Shown: in pieces, positions 39,109-50,374 of the stretch
Position numbering within the stretch: the stretch's first letter is position 1
Layout of the letters: the number at the start of each line of letters is the position of its first letter
Origin: Candidatus Bathyarchaeota archaeon
Lineage (GTDB): Archaea > Thermoproteota > Bathyarchaeia > Bathyarchaeales > Bathycorpusculaceae
Length of the DNA stretch: 64,000 nt
NCBI GenBank assembly: GCA_963782525.1
Contig: CAWAKC010000002.1
Span: forward strand, 1-64,000
Direction of reading: 5' to 3'
Program-made: the position numbers and the translations under genes
The notes under the pieces: model-generated
The model's input: the letters and a program-made list of their open reading frames with translations, nothing else
The model's database searches: none
Told to the model about the DNA's origin: nothing

Positions 39109-42108
39109 TTGGTTGATTTAAAGGCTTCAAAAGAAGCTAATTCTATTCGTGTTTTGCACGTTGACGACGACGCTCCCTTGCGGGAGATTTTGAAGTTGAT
39201 TTTATTGGATCTGGATGGTGGCTTTGAGATTGACCAAGCCAGCTGTGTGGAAGAGGCTCTTAACAAGTTAGCAGTTGGAAGTTATGATGTTGTTGTTTCT
39301 GACTATGAAATGCCACAAAAAAACGGTCTGCAATTCCTAACAGAGCTACGCCAACAGAAAAACGATATCCCATTCATCTTGTTTACCGGAAAAGGCAGAG
39401 AAGAAGTTGCCGTTAAAGCCCTAAATTTAGGCGCCGATGGATATTACAACAAACAAGGATCACCAGAAACAGTGTATGGCGAGCTTGCACATGGTATTCA
39501 AACAAGTTATAAAAATAAAAAAGCTGACGAGTTACTTAGGAAAAGCCAAGCTGAGCTAAATGCAATTGTTTATAATGCACCCATAGGAATTGCGACGTCC
39601 GATTCAAATATGATATTTAAAAGTGCAAATTTGGCTTTCTGCAGAATTGTTGGGTATTCAGAGGATGAGCTGCAAAACCGTTCTTTTAAAGACATAACAT
39701 ACCCAGAGGATGTCGAAGTTAGCAATAAAGATATGAGAGAACTCAGTTGTGGAAACATCCCCTATTTTATCCAAGAGAAAAGGTATGTCCGAAAAGACGG
39801 CAGTATAATTGATGGAAAAGTCATAGTTAATGCAATACGAGACAACGAAGGCAAACCAGTTCTTTTCGTTGCCGAATTAGAAGACATCACTCAACAAAAG
39901 CAGGCGGAAGCAGAGTTGAGAAGAACTTTTAGTGTTCTTGAAAGAGTCGGGGAAGGCATTGATGCGGGTTTAGCTGTAATCGGTAAAGATTATCGGGTGA
40001 TTTGGGCTAATAAACGCTTGAAGGATTTGGGTGTTTACACCAAACAAGAAATGCTATCAGACTATTAACCGATACAGAATCGGTTTGTGCAGACTGCGGC
40101 GTCAAAAAAATCTTTGAACAAAATGCATCTTTTGATATTCATGAATATAAAACTGTTAATTTGAGAGGCGAAACTGTTTGGGTGGAATTGAGGGCGACGC
40201 CTCTCAAAGACAAACAAGGAAACGTGACAGCTGCAATAGAACTAGCAGTACCAATAACTGAACACAGAAGAAACCAGGTCATTCTTAAGAAGAAAGAACA
40301 GGAATTAGAAAACATCTTGGATTCTTCACCAATGATTGTTTTCCACAAAGACCTAAATGGCAAATTCATACAAGCAAACAAAGCATTTGCTCAAGCTCTT
40401 AACACAACCAAGGAATACTTATTGGGTAAAACAGTTTTTGATATTTATTCAGCCAAGATAGCTCAAGAAATGACATATGATGATAACGTAGTTTTGAAAT
40501 CTAAGACTCCTAAATTGAATATAGTAGAATCTTACGAATCCACGACGGGGTTGAGGTGGATTCGAACGCATAAGATTCCAACATTTGACGAAAAAGGAGA
40601 AGTAACTGGACTAGTCGGTTTCTCAGAGGAGATCACCGATTACAAAAAAACAGAATCCAACTTTAAAGAGAGCTTGAACGATTATCACAGTTTAATTAAT
40701 GGTATGGTTGAGACTGCTTGGGTTATTGATTTTGCGGGGAACTTTTTGGAAGTAAACGATGCAGCCGTTGAAGCGCTAGGCTATTCAAAAGATGAGTTGC
40801 GCTCTATTGGCATTATGGGTATCGATAAACATTTGAGTAGACTTCAAGTTCAAGAACTTATAAACAATTTTCCCTTCAATAAAAAACAGATTTTTGAAAC
40901 TATACATACCAGAAAAGACGGTGTTGAAATTCCTGTAGAGATAAGCTCAAGTCTAATAACTTATCAAGGGAAACAAATGATTCTAAGTATTGCGCGAAAC
41001 ATTACAGAACGAAAAAAAGCTCAAGAAGCCATTAAGCAAAGTGACCAGCACTATTATCAACTCTTTATGTCTATGAACGAGCTCTTCCAAGTTGTTGAGG
41101 TAATCCATGACAATTCTGGCAAGGCAGTTGATTTATTTTATCGCGAGGTTAATCCTGCTTTTGAAAGATTTACAGGAAAAACCAAACGGCAACTTGTCGG
41201 CAAAAGTGTAAGGGATTTATTTGGTGTTGTTGAAGCTTACTGGCTAGAATTTCTCGATAAGGTTGCTAGAACTGGCGAATCAAGCGCTTTGGAGAATTAT
41301 GGAGCTTCACTTGATAAATATTATGAAGTTCATGCTTGGAAAATAAGAGAAAAGGAAAACCTTGTTGCAGTCCTTCTTAATGAGACAACTGAGCGTAAGA
41401 AAGCTGAAAAAGAACAAAAAGAATATAGCGAAAAAATTCAGATGATAAACGAAAAGTTGCGTGTTGTTGGAGGTATGACTAGACACGATGTGGGTAACAA
41501 ACTCATGGTTGCCAAATCAAATCTGTATTTGTTAAAGAAACAGATTGGAATGAACCCGCAGTTGGCTAAGTATCTTGATAATATTGATGGCGCGCTTGTT
41601 TCTTCTGACAAGTTTTTTGAGTTTAGTCGTCTCTATGAGAAAATTGGAGGCGAAACACCCTTAATTGTGGATGTTTTTGAATGTTTCAACGCGGCCACAG
41701 CTCTGTTTTCTGATTTGAGTTCATTAAAGATTATCAATGAAGGTCAGGGGCTGAAGGTTATCGCGGATTCACTTTTGAGACAGTTGTTCTATAATTTCAT
41801 TGATAATTCACTAAAGCATGGTGAAAAAGTAACCCAAATACAACTACACTACACCAAAGTGAGCAATAGAGTGAATTTGTTCTATGAAGACAACGGCGTC
41901 GGGATCCCTATAGCAAATAAGTCGAAGCTTTTTAAGAAAGGTTTCTCGACTAGAAAATGGCAGCGGTTTTGGATTGTATTTTATTAAAAAGATTATAGAT
42001 GTCTACGGTTGGAGTATTACTGAAGAAGGCGAAGCGGGAAAAGGAGCAAAATTTGTAATATCAATTCCACTAAGTTTGCTTTCTGGCGCGGAAAATTTTA
42101 GCTCTTAA
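39109..42108 (+). CDS. Hybrid REC-multi-PAS-histidine kinase, interrupted by frameshifts near 40036, 40072 and 41955
   Basis: 39109 ORF (REC, PAS) joins through 'TPNKKCYQTIN..ESVCADCGVKKIFE' to the 40161 ORF (PAS x3, 'RHDVGNKL', 'NSLKHG'), then 'GSGFGLYFIKKIIDVYGWSI' to stop 42108. Confidence 0.85.
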
Positions 42109-42939
42109 AAAACTGTAATTACGAATTCACATTTTTTTGAAATTATTCGATTGAACTGTTTTGATATAACGAAACTTGGGTAATGTTGAAATCTCTTCGA
42201 TATACTTTGGATAAATTGTAGCTAAATATACTTAATCCTAAGTCGGAGAATATCAGATAAACGTTTATTGCAATTTTATGCCTTGAATGTTGTTTTGGTT
42301 TTCATAATTGCGTTGATTAACGTGAGGTTCATGATAACAAAAGTACTTAATGGAGATAATTGAAACTATTTCAAAATAAGCCAAATCACAATTAGTAATC
42401 AAACGTTATCATCAAAACTGGAAGCAAAGTAGAAAAACGCATGCCGCACTTTGCATCTATTGAGATAAACTATGGCTTACTGAGGTTAACAACTTATTCG
42501 GTTTGAGCTTATACATATTGTGTCACCGTCTCACTGAAGACACGGTTACAACTAATTCTTATTGCAACTATCGCATATATCATTTGGAGAGGGGATAGTT
42601 GCTTAAATCAAAGTTCTACATCAAGGCGCTATTTGAGATGCGAAAAAGATTTTCTCTTTTTTATCGTATTTCATTAGGGCAGAATTTATGCTCTAATTTG
42701 CCGGAAACCTTTCACAACCGAAAACAAGAATTATTCAATAGACTTAATGCATTAAAACAATCGATTGGAATATTTCTTAGTTATCTATGGTTCACTCGAG
42801 GGTCAATTAAATATATCTTCACGAGAAAATTGAATTTGGTAGAGTTGAAACCTCTTTTTTCACTAAAACCTTCAAACATTCGAGTTTATTCAATTGGTGG
42901 CAAAGGAAAAGATGTCTTTTTCAAACGAGGACAATAGAC

Positions 42940-43440
42940 ATGTATCTTGACGATTTGGATAAGACGCTACTGCAATATCTAAGTATGGGTACGTGTTCCT
43001 ACGAAGAAATGGCTCGCTTGTGCAATGTCACCCGAAACACAGTTTATCGAAGAATATCAGCCCTTGAAAACAAAGGGATTATAAAAAACGTACTAAACTG
43101 CATTGTAAACTTGGAACAGCTTGATATATCGCCAGTGTGTATTGGAGCGAGAATTGCGCAATCGGAACAAGACAAAGCTTTAAACTTGCTTGCTGCTCAT
43201 TTGAACGTTAGATTGCTATGGCGAACTTATGGCGACTATGACTTTCATCTTATAGCCTTCTGCGCAAAAGGCAAAGAGGGCCACACTATTCAGTGCTTAA
43301 GGACTCTTTTAGAAAAGCTCAATGCAACAAACATAAGTGTGTCCATAGGTTTTGTGTGGGAGAAAATGGATCTAACACCTTTTGGGGAGCATACGCAGAT
43401 TATAGACAACTCAAGCCTGATTGTAGAAAACAAATATTGA
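42940..43440 (+). CDS. Lrp/AsnC-family transcriptional regulator
   Basis: 'LDDLDKTLLQYL...SYEEMA..CNVTRNTVYRRISALENKGII', 'TYGDYD'. Confidence 0.88.
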   Translation: MYLDDLDKTLLQYLSMGTCSYEEMARLCNVTRNTVYRRISALENKGIIKNVLNCIVNLEQLDISPVCIGARIAQSEQDKALNLLAAHLNVRLLWRTYGDYDFHLIAFCAKGKEGHTIQCLRTLLEKLNATNISVSIGFVWEKMDLTPFGEHTQIIDNSSLIVENKY

Positions 43441-43841
43441 CTTTTCATAAAAAAGATAACTCCCTAGTTACATTCAATAATGTGAAGTAGTGGAAGCCAT
43501 TTGCTTTCCAAATATGATAAACCACGGATTTTAGTCCACAACATGAAAACTTCAAGCGAAATTAATGTAAAACAAAAAATGGGAAATCTAGTACTATCAA
43601 TCCAATCGGCACTAAAAATATGGACTTGAACTTGTTCAGGTCTGCAACTCGGCGGACTTATCACAATCATAAAATTTGATAAATAATGTCAAAAGCTAAG
43701 GCTTGAGCACACCGATGGGGACACGCCCTAGCTGCTCAATCTTCTATCGAAGAGCATTTACGCTCTTGACCTCAAAAAGTTGAATGGAGAAAAAAGATGA
43801 AAACGCTAATTTATCCTATGGGTGAAAAATGCTATTTTGTT

Positions 43842-44963
43842 TTAGGTTAAACACACTTTTGTGGGTCTGTTGTTGCCTATTCCGTAGATTATCCAGTCGC
43901 CAACAGCAAGATCAGCAGGGGCGTTTGTGGTTCCAGCCATGTTTGATAGGTAAGCTGTGTCTTCTTTGTTTGTTGTTTTCCCAATTATTTGGTAACCCAT
44001 TTGAGATAGTACCTTGCTTCCCAGCTCTGAGGGATTAGTGGTTAGAAGGCAGATTGTAATGCCTATTTTTCTTCCCTCGGCAACTGCTCGATTGAGTGTT
44101 TCTCCCTTGAGGTTTTCTGCTTCTTCAATTATTAGGAATTGCGGCATGATTTTTTGTTCCAGTCTCAGTGTCAGTATCGTCTGTAGGGATTCAATGAAAG
44201 TAGCCCGTTTTTCTTCAAGTGTCATTCCTTGTGCATTTAGGACGGTAATTGGACTCTTTTTTATTGTTCTAGTCAGGGAATCTTCATCGATTTTTCCCTT
44301 TAGTTCAATTTTTTTTGCTGAATCTATAGAGCCAGAATATTCGTTGTAAGAGTCAAAGACAATTATTTGCGCTGAATTTTTGGCGGAGATTTCTTGGAGC
44401 AACAATTTGGCGAGGCGTGTTTTACCCGTTCCAGGACCAGCTGCAATTATTGAGTTTTTTGAAGTGAAATCCTGTGCGTCTATGAAACATTTGATGAATC
44501 CATGATTTTCCGGGTCTTCTACTGAGGAATTTTTAAACATTCCAATCTGAATTGGCGCTTTGAAGGGTTCCCCTTTGGTGTTTCTATTCAAAATGTCCTC
44601 AAGAAACTTTTTTAAGGGTATGTAGACGCGGCTGCCAGGGTTTGGCGGAACTAAAACGTCGCAAATAGGTTTGCTTTCATTTCTCAGGTCGATGTAGCCG
44701 ATGATTTCGGCGGTTGCAAACATTTTGCCCATTTTATCGCCGATGGTTGAACCGGCAACTTCTTCATAACTTGTTATATCCGTTATAACCGAGAGCATTG
44801 GGCAGGATTCGCCATAAAGTGGATGGTCAACTATGACGTAGTCGTTTTTCTCTACGCCTGATCGATTTTTTGGGGGACTAACTAGAAAGCCGAATTTTCC
44901 TGTATGAGTGTCGTTGGATACTAGCCCAAAATGTTCTCTTATGCGTACGTTTGATAGATCCAT
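43842..44963 (-). CDS. HerA-like (HAS barrel plus DUF87) P-loop ATPase, shortened
   Basis: 'PPNPGSRVY', Walker A 'AGPGTGKT', 'VFDSYNEY', 'IIEEAENL', 'EGRKIG...NPSEL..KVLSQ'. Confidence 0.82.
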   Translation of the reverse strand: MDLSNVRIREHFGLVSNDTHTGKFGFLVSPPKNRSGVEKNDYVIVDHPLYGESCPMLSVITDITSYEEVAGSTIGDKMGKMFATAEIIGYIDLRNESKPICDVLVPPNPGSRVYIPLKKFLEDILNRNTKGEPFKAPIQIGMFKNSSVEDPENHGFIKCFIDAQDFTSKNSIIAAGPGTGKTRLAKLLLQEISAKNSAQIIVFDSYNEYSGSIDSAKKIELKGKIDEDSLTRTIKKSPITVLNAQGMTLEEKRATFIESLQTILTLRLEQKIMPQFLIIEEAENLKGETLNRAVAEGRKIGITICLLTTNPSELGSKVLSQMGYQIIGKTTNKEDTAYLSNMAGTTNAPADLAVGDWIIYGIGNNRPTKVCLT

Positions 44964-45186
44964 TAATTTTTCCTCTGACTTGCTGGTCTTATTTGGTGTG
45001 TTGAGGATTTTAATTTATTGGAGTACAAATTCATGTTTCTTTAGCGGTATGTTGCTTGCTCTATAGTGGTTTTGGGGCTTGAGGGGACTATAGAACAATC
45101 TTCCTTGGTTTCTTATATACAACTTTCTCGTAGTTAGCGCTTAATGGAATCTAGTTTGTAATTAAAATTAAGAAGGAAAAGAAAAA

Positions 45187-46794
45187 TTGACAAGAATTAG
45201 AAATGTAAGAAATACTATTAAATTCAAACGTTCAATAAAAGCAATATCTCCCGTAATAGCAACTCTGCTAATGATCGCCATCGCAGTTGTTGCCTCGCTT
45301 GTAGTCTACGCTTGGGTAAGTGGCTACATGGGCACAACGACAACTAAAGCTGGAAAAGCAATACAAATCCAAAGCTATGCCCCCACAGGCACCGACCCAC
45401 TCAACCCCACTAACTTGCTCGTATACGTGCAAAACGTAGGCCAAGGCGACGTAGAACTTAGCCAAGCCCAAAGCGTCTACATTGACAGCATCTTGGTACC
45501 AATTAGTAACCCAGTTACTCCAACAATCCCAATTGCAGTGGGACAAACTGTGGAACTTACAGTTCCATTACCTACCGGATACCAAAAAGGGGACACACTT
45601 AATATCAAAGTGACAACAACCGACGGCACATTCATGACAGCATCAGGCAAAGGCACAAGCAGCACAGGCGGCGGCTCAAACACAAATACTCTTACAGCTC
45701 CAACTGTAACTGCTGGATCAGTGTCAGTTAATCAAGGTCAAAGCTCGAGTCTTACTTCCTCTGCTGTTACGACAGGGACTGCGCCTTACACTTATCAGTG
45801 GCTGCAACAAGCTCCTGGTACAGGTTCCTATTCTGCTATAACTGGTGCTACATCTTCTAGCTATAGCTTTATGACTACGGGTACTACAACTGCAGGTGTT
45901 TGGTCTTTTGAGTTGAGTGTGACTGACAGTGCTAGCGCAACTGTTACGTCTGCTCCTGCTACTGTTACAGTGAATGCTGTTGCTTTGGCTACTCCAACTG
46001 TTTCTGTTCCTACTTTGGCTCCTGTTAGTCCAATTACGCTTGGCGCTTCTGTGACTGCTTCTGTGACTGTTTCTGGTTCTGCTGGTACTGCTACTGGTAC
46101 GGTGACTTTCCAGGTTTCAACTGATAGCGGAACAACATGGAATACTCTTGGTACAGTAAAGACGTTAGCTACTGGTTCAGCGGTTTCAGACTCATACACA
46201 CCCACAATCGCAAGCAGCAACTATCGATTCCGAGCATTATATAGTGGTGACAGCAAGTATAACGGTGCGACAGGTAGCACAACTTCGCTTACAGTTGATC
46301 CAGTAAGCCACCATACAGTATCTTTCGCTCAATCTGGCTCCACAGCAACGGTCACAGTCAGTTACCAAATCGATGGAGGATCAACCCAAACCGGAAACTG
46401 CCCATTTAGCGTCCAACTAAATCAAGGACAATCCATCTCTTACACATACCCAGCCACTGTCAGCGGCGGCACTGGAAAACAATACGTTATAAGCACGGCA
46501 GCTAGTCCAGCTTCCCCACAAACAGTCGCTACATCTGACATCTCCATATCTGCAACCTACAAAACACAATACCAAGTAACTTTTGCAACAAACCACGGAT
46601 CGACAACTCCGACAGGGACGAACTGGTATGATTCAGGGGCACAAATTTCAATATCTACAACTTATCCCGGCTACAACCACTATTTCAATCATTGGACATC
46701 AAGCACTGGGAAAACAACTTTCGATCATAATGACCATACATCTGCGACCGCAACAATAACAGGCACTGACACAATTACTGCAGTTTGGTATTAG
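45187..46794 (+). CDS. Type IV pilin fused to Ig/PKD, Big-3-like and InlB-B-like domains (pilin-adhesin)
   Basis: 'RSIKA|ISPVIATLLMIAIAVVASLV' nearly identical to the 9170 pilin; C-terminal modules match those of 4982 and 4. Confidence 0.88.
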   Translation: MTRIRNVRNTIKFKRSIKAISPVIATLLMIAIAVVASLVVYAWVSGYMGTTTTKAGKAIQIQSYAPTGTDPLNPTNLLVYVQNVGQGDVELSQAQSVYIDSILVPISNPVTPTIPIAVGQTVELTVPLPTGYQKGDTLNIKVTTTDGTFMTASGKGTSSTGGGSNTNTLTAPTVTAGSVSVNQGQSSSLTSSAVTTGTAPYTYQWLQQAPGTGSYSAITGATSSSYSFMTTGTTTAGVWSFELSVTDSASATVTSAPATVTVNAVALATPTVSVPTLAPVSPITLGASVTASVTVSGSAGTATGTVTFQVSTDSGTTWNTLGTVKTLATGSAVSDSYTPTIASSNYRFRALYSGDSKYNGATGSTTSLTVDPVSHHTVSFAQSGSTATVTVSYQIDGGSTQTGNCPFSVQLNQGQSISYTYPATVSGGTGKQYVISTAASPASPQTVATSDISISATYKTQYQVTFATNHGSTTPTGTNWYDSGAQISISTTYPGYNHYFNHWTSSTGKTTFDHNDHTSATATITGTDTITAVWY

Positions 46795-47326
46795 AAAGCA
46801 CTACATTCTTTTTTCTTTTTTTATTTTTAAAATAATTATATTTTGCTTGAGGTCTATCTCTGCGTGTAGGTCGTCACTGAAGTTTTTTGAACACAAAAGC
46901 ATTTTTAGGTTGGGCTTCTCGATAGGGTAAGTTGGATTGGATTTTTCTAATTTAACTACCTTCTGAGATTTTTTGAAATGCAGAAAATGTAGCTTATGAT
47001 CCAAGGACGATTATTTGTAAACTATTTCGGTGATTTTTTATGAAGAATAATATTTGATCCCCTGATAAGTCAGCTGTCTCTATTTAATTCATTTACTGAA
47101 ATTTGCTAGATTTTTCTGGCAGATTAGTTCTTACATTAACAGGTAAAAGTGATTTTTTCCCAATGGTTATTGTTAGATCTTTAATGCTAAATGATACTTT
47201 TGACTCATTAATTCATTAGACTATGAATTGACCTTTGGGTACCATTTATGCTTCGAGAGTAAAAGCGCTTAATTTAGGTTGATTATCTATAAAAAAGGGA
47301 AAATATTTTTTTGATGCTTGATGTTT

Positions 47327-49783
47327 TTATGGATGTTTTCGGAGCATCAATATCGCTAATACGGCGCCGACTGCGATGATTGCAACTAATAGACCTGCGA
47401 TGGCGGGAACGAAGTATATGTCAGCCATTGATTGAGATGCTTGCGTTGGGACTGGTGTATTTGTTGGTCCTTGAATGACGTTGACGGCTGTTTCTGCTGA
47501 TGAGCTCCAATATGCGCCGCTGCCTGCGAACGTGGCTATAACTGTGTATACTCCTTGAATTGGAGGAGTCCATGCGATAGAGTATTGACCTGCTGAGTCA
47601 GTAGTTGTTTGGCCGATGTTTTGTGTATTTCCGTTAGAATCGATTGCAGTGAGGATGACTGGCACGCCCTGGGGTGTGGGTGGATTGTTGACTAAGCTTG
47701 CGTTGTTTTGCATGTAATAGTTCATCTGGTTTGTCATGTCAACGTCTGAAACTGCGGGCGTTCCTGGGCAAAATGGAGATTGATCCAGAACTTTGCCTGT
47801 TATCAAAACTTGGTCTCCAAACATCTGGTTCGCTAATGGTGTTTGAACTGTGGTTGATGTTTGTCCTTTGCCGAAGCAGTATAATTTTCCGTCGTCACCA
47901 TTGTTACCTAAGACGTAGCCATCTGCAACTGCGGTAGTTGCGATAGCGCCAGATACGTTCCAAATGAATTCTCCTGTTGTGGCGTTTATGCAGAAGAGTT
48001 TATTGAATCTGGTCATTGGTTCTCCTCGGTAGTTGGTTTGTGTGCTCCAGTAGAGTTTTCCGTCTGCTGCTACGCCTGGTTCGCTGTTGCCTGCATATGA
48101 TGATCCACCAGAGGTCCATGTGCCTTCTACTGTTTCGCCTGTGGTTCCTACACTTTGGCTCTTCCAAATCAGTGAGCCATTGGTTAAACTGAAAGCGTAG
48201 AGGTATCCGTCATATCTGAATGTGTATCTTACGTCTCCAATGCATATTGCGTAGTACGCTGGTATGTCACCCCAAGGATAGGTTCCAACGGGGGCAGTCC
48301 AGATTTGTGCACCCGTTTTTACGTCGTATCCAATGTATGAGCTTGTCACACCATCAAATTGAACATAGGGTCCACCTGGAGGTCCATATCCAAAGCTTGG
48401 CATTTGTTGAACGTTAGAGTATGTTTGGTTTGTTTGCCATAGGAAAGCTCCGTTCGACATGTTCCAGCCGAGAATTGATGCTCCACCGTTACCTTGTCCC
48501 GTGACGATTACGTTTGCATCTGGGTAAACTGCTAAAGTGTAGGTTCTGCCAGCCTGAAGCCATGCGCCAGTTTGTGCCATCGAAACGTTATACATCAATC
48601 CTGTTGTCCAATTGTTGCCTGTGACTTTGCTGTAATTCCAACACATCAAGCGGTTGGAGGATAGGAAGTACGCTAACGGGTTTCCGTCATCCCACCAAGG
48701 CGTTCCAAGGCCCGAGGGAATGTTAGTGAGTGTCTGAACTAATGCGCCAGTCATTGGATCATAAAACTGCCATGTTCCTGTGTTGACAAGGTAAGCTACC
48801 GGTATGCCTTCATTTTGTTGGGCACCGACTTGGTAGCCTCCGAGAAAATGAATGCCTCGGCTGACTGTGCCGTTAGCGGTGTATAGTAATTTGCCAGTTG
48901 TTATGTCAAGGCAGTTAAAGGTGTTTCCGTAAGGGTTGTTGTAGTAGACTTTTCCGTTTATAACTATTACAGTTTGTCCGCCATAGTAAGCGTCGCTGCC
49001 CCATTGACCGCCCATAAGTCCGCCAAGGACTTGTTGGGTAGCCCATACGATGTGTCCAGTGGTTGGACCAGTGCTATATGGATTATATTTAGTTGCTGCG
49101 TTGTTGTAACCTGAAATTAGCCAGTCACCTGCTATTGCAGCCCATTCTCTGTTGTTTATGTTAATTGGGTTGCTCCAGTATTCTGTTGGAAGCGGTGCGT
49201 ATGGTGTGCCGTCGAGTATTCCAGCGCTTACAGGGTCAGTTTGAACAGTAAATTTGAAGGGTTGTGCTACGCATGGTGTATAGTATCGGGTATCATTGTT
49301 TGATTTTTCAGTAAATGTCTGTCCTGGAAAACTGAAAGTGACACTCCAATTTCCAGCTACGGTTGGTTTGTAGATGAAGTACATTGCGCCGACTGATTCT
49401 GTCCAGCCTGGTGCGATGCCGAGATTGCCTTGAATAAAGCTCTCATCCGTCGGCATGAAAGTGTCGTTTGTTCCGTCGGGTCTTGTGAAAGTTACTGTTA
49501 CGTTAGCGTATCCCACGTTTGATGCTGCTATATCTGTGATGCTTCCGTCTGGTGATTGCGGATTGGGTTGAATCCAAAGGTTAACGACTGCAGTTTGTCC
49601 AACTCCTATTGGGTTTGGTGCAACTGAGATAAAGCCTGCAGTTTTATAATTTGGCCATGCTATAGCGGCTTGGGTGTCTAAGACCATGAATGTTGAAGAT
49701 GCCATCAGGAATGTCAGTGTTGCAATTGCTAAAAGTGCTTTAATTCTGTTATATTTTGCATTTTTGCTAAAAATATTTTGCAT
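47327..49783 (-). CDS. PQQ-like beta-propeller surface protein with C-terminal TM anchor
   Basis: Signal peptide; 'PNPIGVGQT', 'TGKLLY', 'TGAQIW', 'TGEFIW', 'LYCFGKGQTSTTV', 'FAGSGAYWSSSAET'; TM then RKHP. Confidence 0.88.
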   Translation of the reverse strand: MQNIFSKNAKYNRIKALLAIATLTFLMASSTFMVLDTQAAIAWPNYKTAGFISVAPNPIGVGQTAVVNLWIQPNPQSPDGSITDIAASNVGYANVTVTFTRPDGTNDTFMPTDESFIQGNLGIAPGWTESVGAMYFIYKPTVAGNWSVTFSFPGQTFTEKSNNDTRYYTPCVAQPFKFTVQTDPVSAGILDGTPYAPLPTEYWSNPININNREWAAIAGDWLISGYNNAATKYNPYSTGPTTGHIVWATQQVLGGLMGGQWGSDAYYGGQTVIVINGKVYYNNPYGNTFNCLDITTGKLLYTANGTVSRGIHFLGGYQVGAQQNEGIPVAYLVNTGTWQFYDPMTGALVQTLTNIPSGLGTPWWDDGNPLAYFLSSNRLMCWNYSKVTGNNWTTGLMYNVSMAQTGAWLQAGRTYTLAVYPDANVIVTGQGNGGASILGWNMSNGAFLWQTNQTYSNVQQMPSFGYGPPGGPYVQFDGVTSSYIGYDVKTGAQIWTAPVGTYPWGDIPAYYAICIGDVRYTFRYDGYLYAFSLTNGSLIWKSQSVGTTGETVEGTWTSGGSSYAGNSEPGVAADGKLYWSTQTNYRGEPMTRFNKLFCINATTGEFIWNVSGAIATTAVADGYVLGNNGDDGKLYCFGKGQTSTTVQTPLANQMFGDQVLITGKVLDQSPFCPGTPAVSDVDMTNQMNYYMQNNASLVNNPPTPQGVPVILTAIDSNGNTQNIGQTTTDSAGQYSIAWTPPIQGVYTVIATFAGSGAYWSSSAETAVNVIQGPTNTPVPTQASQSMADIYFVPAIAGLLVAIIAVGAVLAILMLRKHP

Positions 49784-49954
49784 TTTTTCATTTCCTATAT
49801 TATTTTATTAATTCCAACATATAAGAAATATTTAAAAGGTTGGTGGTAGAATGCCTACCAATTGCCAAAAAATATTTTTGGGTTTGAACACCCGTGAAAA
49901 TCATCCTCCGTCACGGATGAGTTTGAGATATGAGGTTTTATCCATTTCTCACAG

Positions 49955-50222
49955 GTTGATAGAACAACAACAGTGGCAAAATTTTGTTTGTTGTTGTTCT
50001 TTCGACTGGAATCTAAGTTGAAAGAAGAAGAAGTGCAAATTTTTCAATCTTCTTCTTCTACCCAATAGAGAATTAGGCGGCTTAAGGCCTTTCGTCTAAT
50101 TTGGAAGAACAACAGCACGCTTTTTTGTAGGATTGTGCAGTTGTTGTTCTTCTTAGATATGCTATTATGATTGAAAGAAGAAGAACTGCAATTCTGTAGG
50201 AAATATGTCCTTCTTCTTCTAA
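49955..50222 (+). repeat. Array of five inverted repeats with alternating (CAA)n/(TTG)n and (GAA)n/(TTC)n arms; putative structured ncRNA or REP-like element
   Basis: Arms 49961-72/49989-50000, 50023-33/50049-59, 50071-79/50093-101, 50104-14/50142-52, 50176-85/50211-20. Confidence 0.75.
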
Positions 50223-50374
50223 TTGTTATAGCGACATTCTTTAACATCTTGCAAATGAACGTTGATCGTTTTTTCTAAAAAGTACTGACACTTAATATCT
50301 TACAAATCAGTGCTTTTTCTAGCGCGTTTCCGCAATCAGAAGATGCTGAATTCGTAGTTTTTGTGGTTTGGGTT

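Noticed and set aside
42599-42937. 112-aa ORF upstream of the Lrp gene
   Set aside because: AT-rich F/L/K/R composition with no recognisable motif; likely promoter DNA
43705-43775. Possible fluoride riboswitch or other structured RNA (TTGAGCA...TGCTCAA, GATGGGG)
   Set aside because: Lacks the crcB-motif pseudoknot pairing, and no suitable downstream gene
49955-50222. CRISPR array interpretation of the hairpin array
   Set aside because: Units are not identical direct repeats with unique equal-length spacers, and no cas genes are present
50044-50247. 67-aa minus-strand ORF (RRRR/SSSS/NNN/EED runs)
   Set aside because: Translation by-product of the trinucleotide hairpin arms
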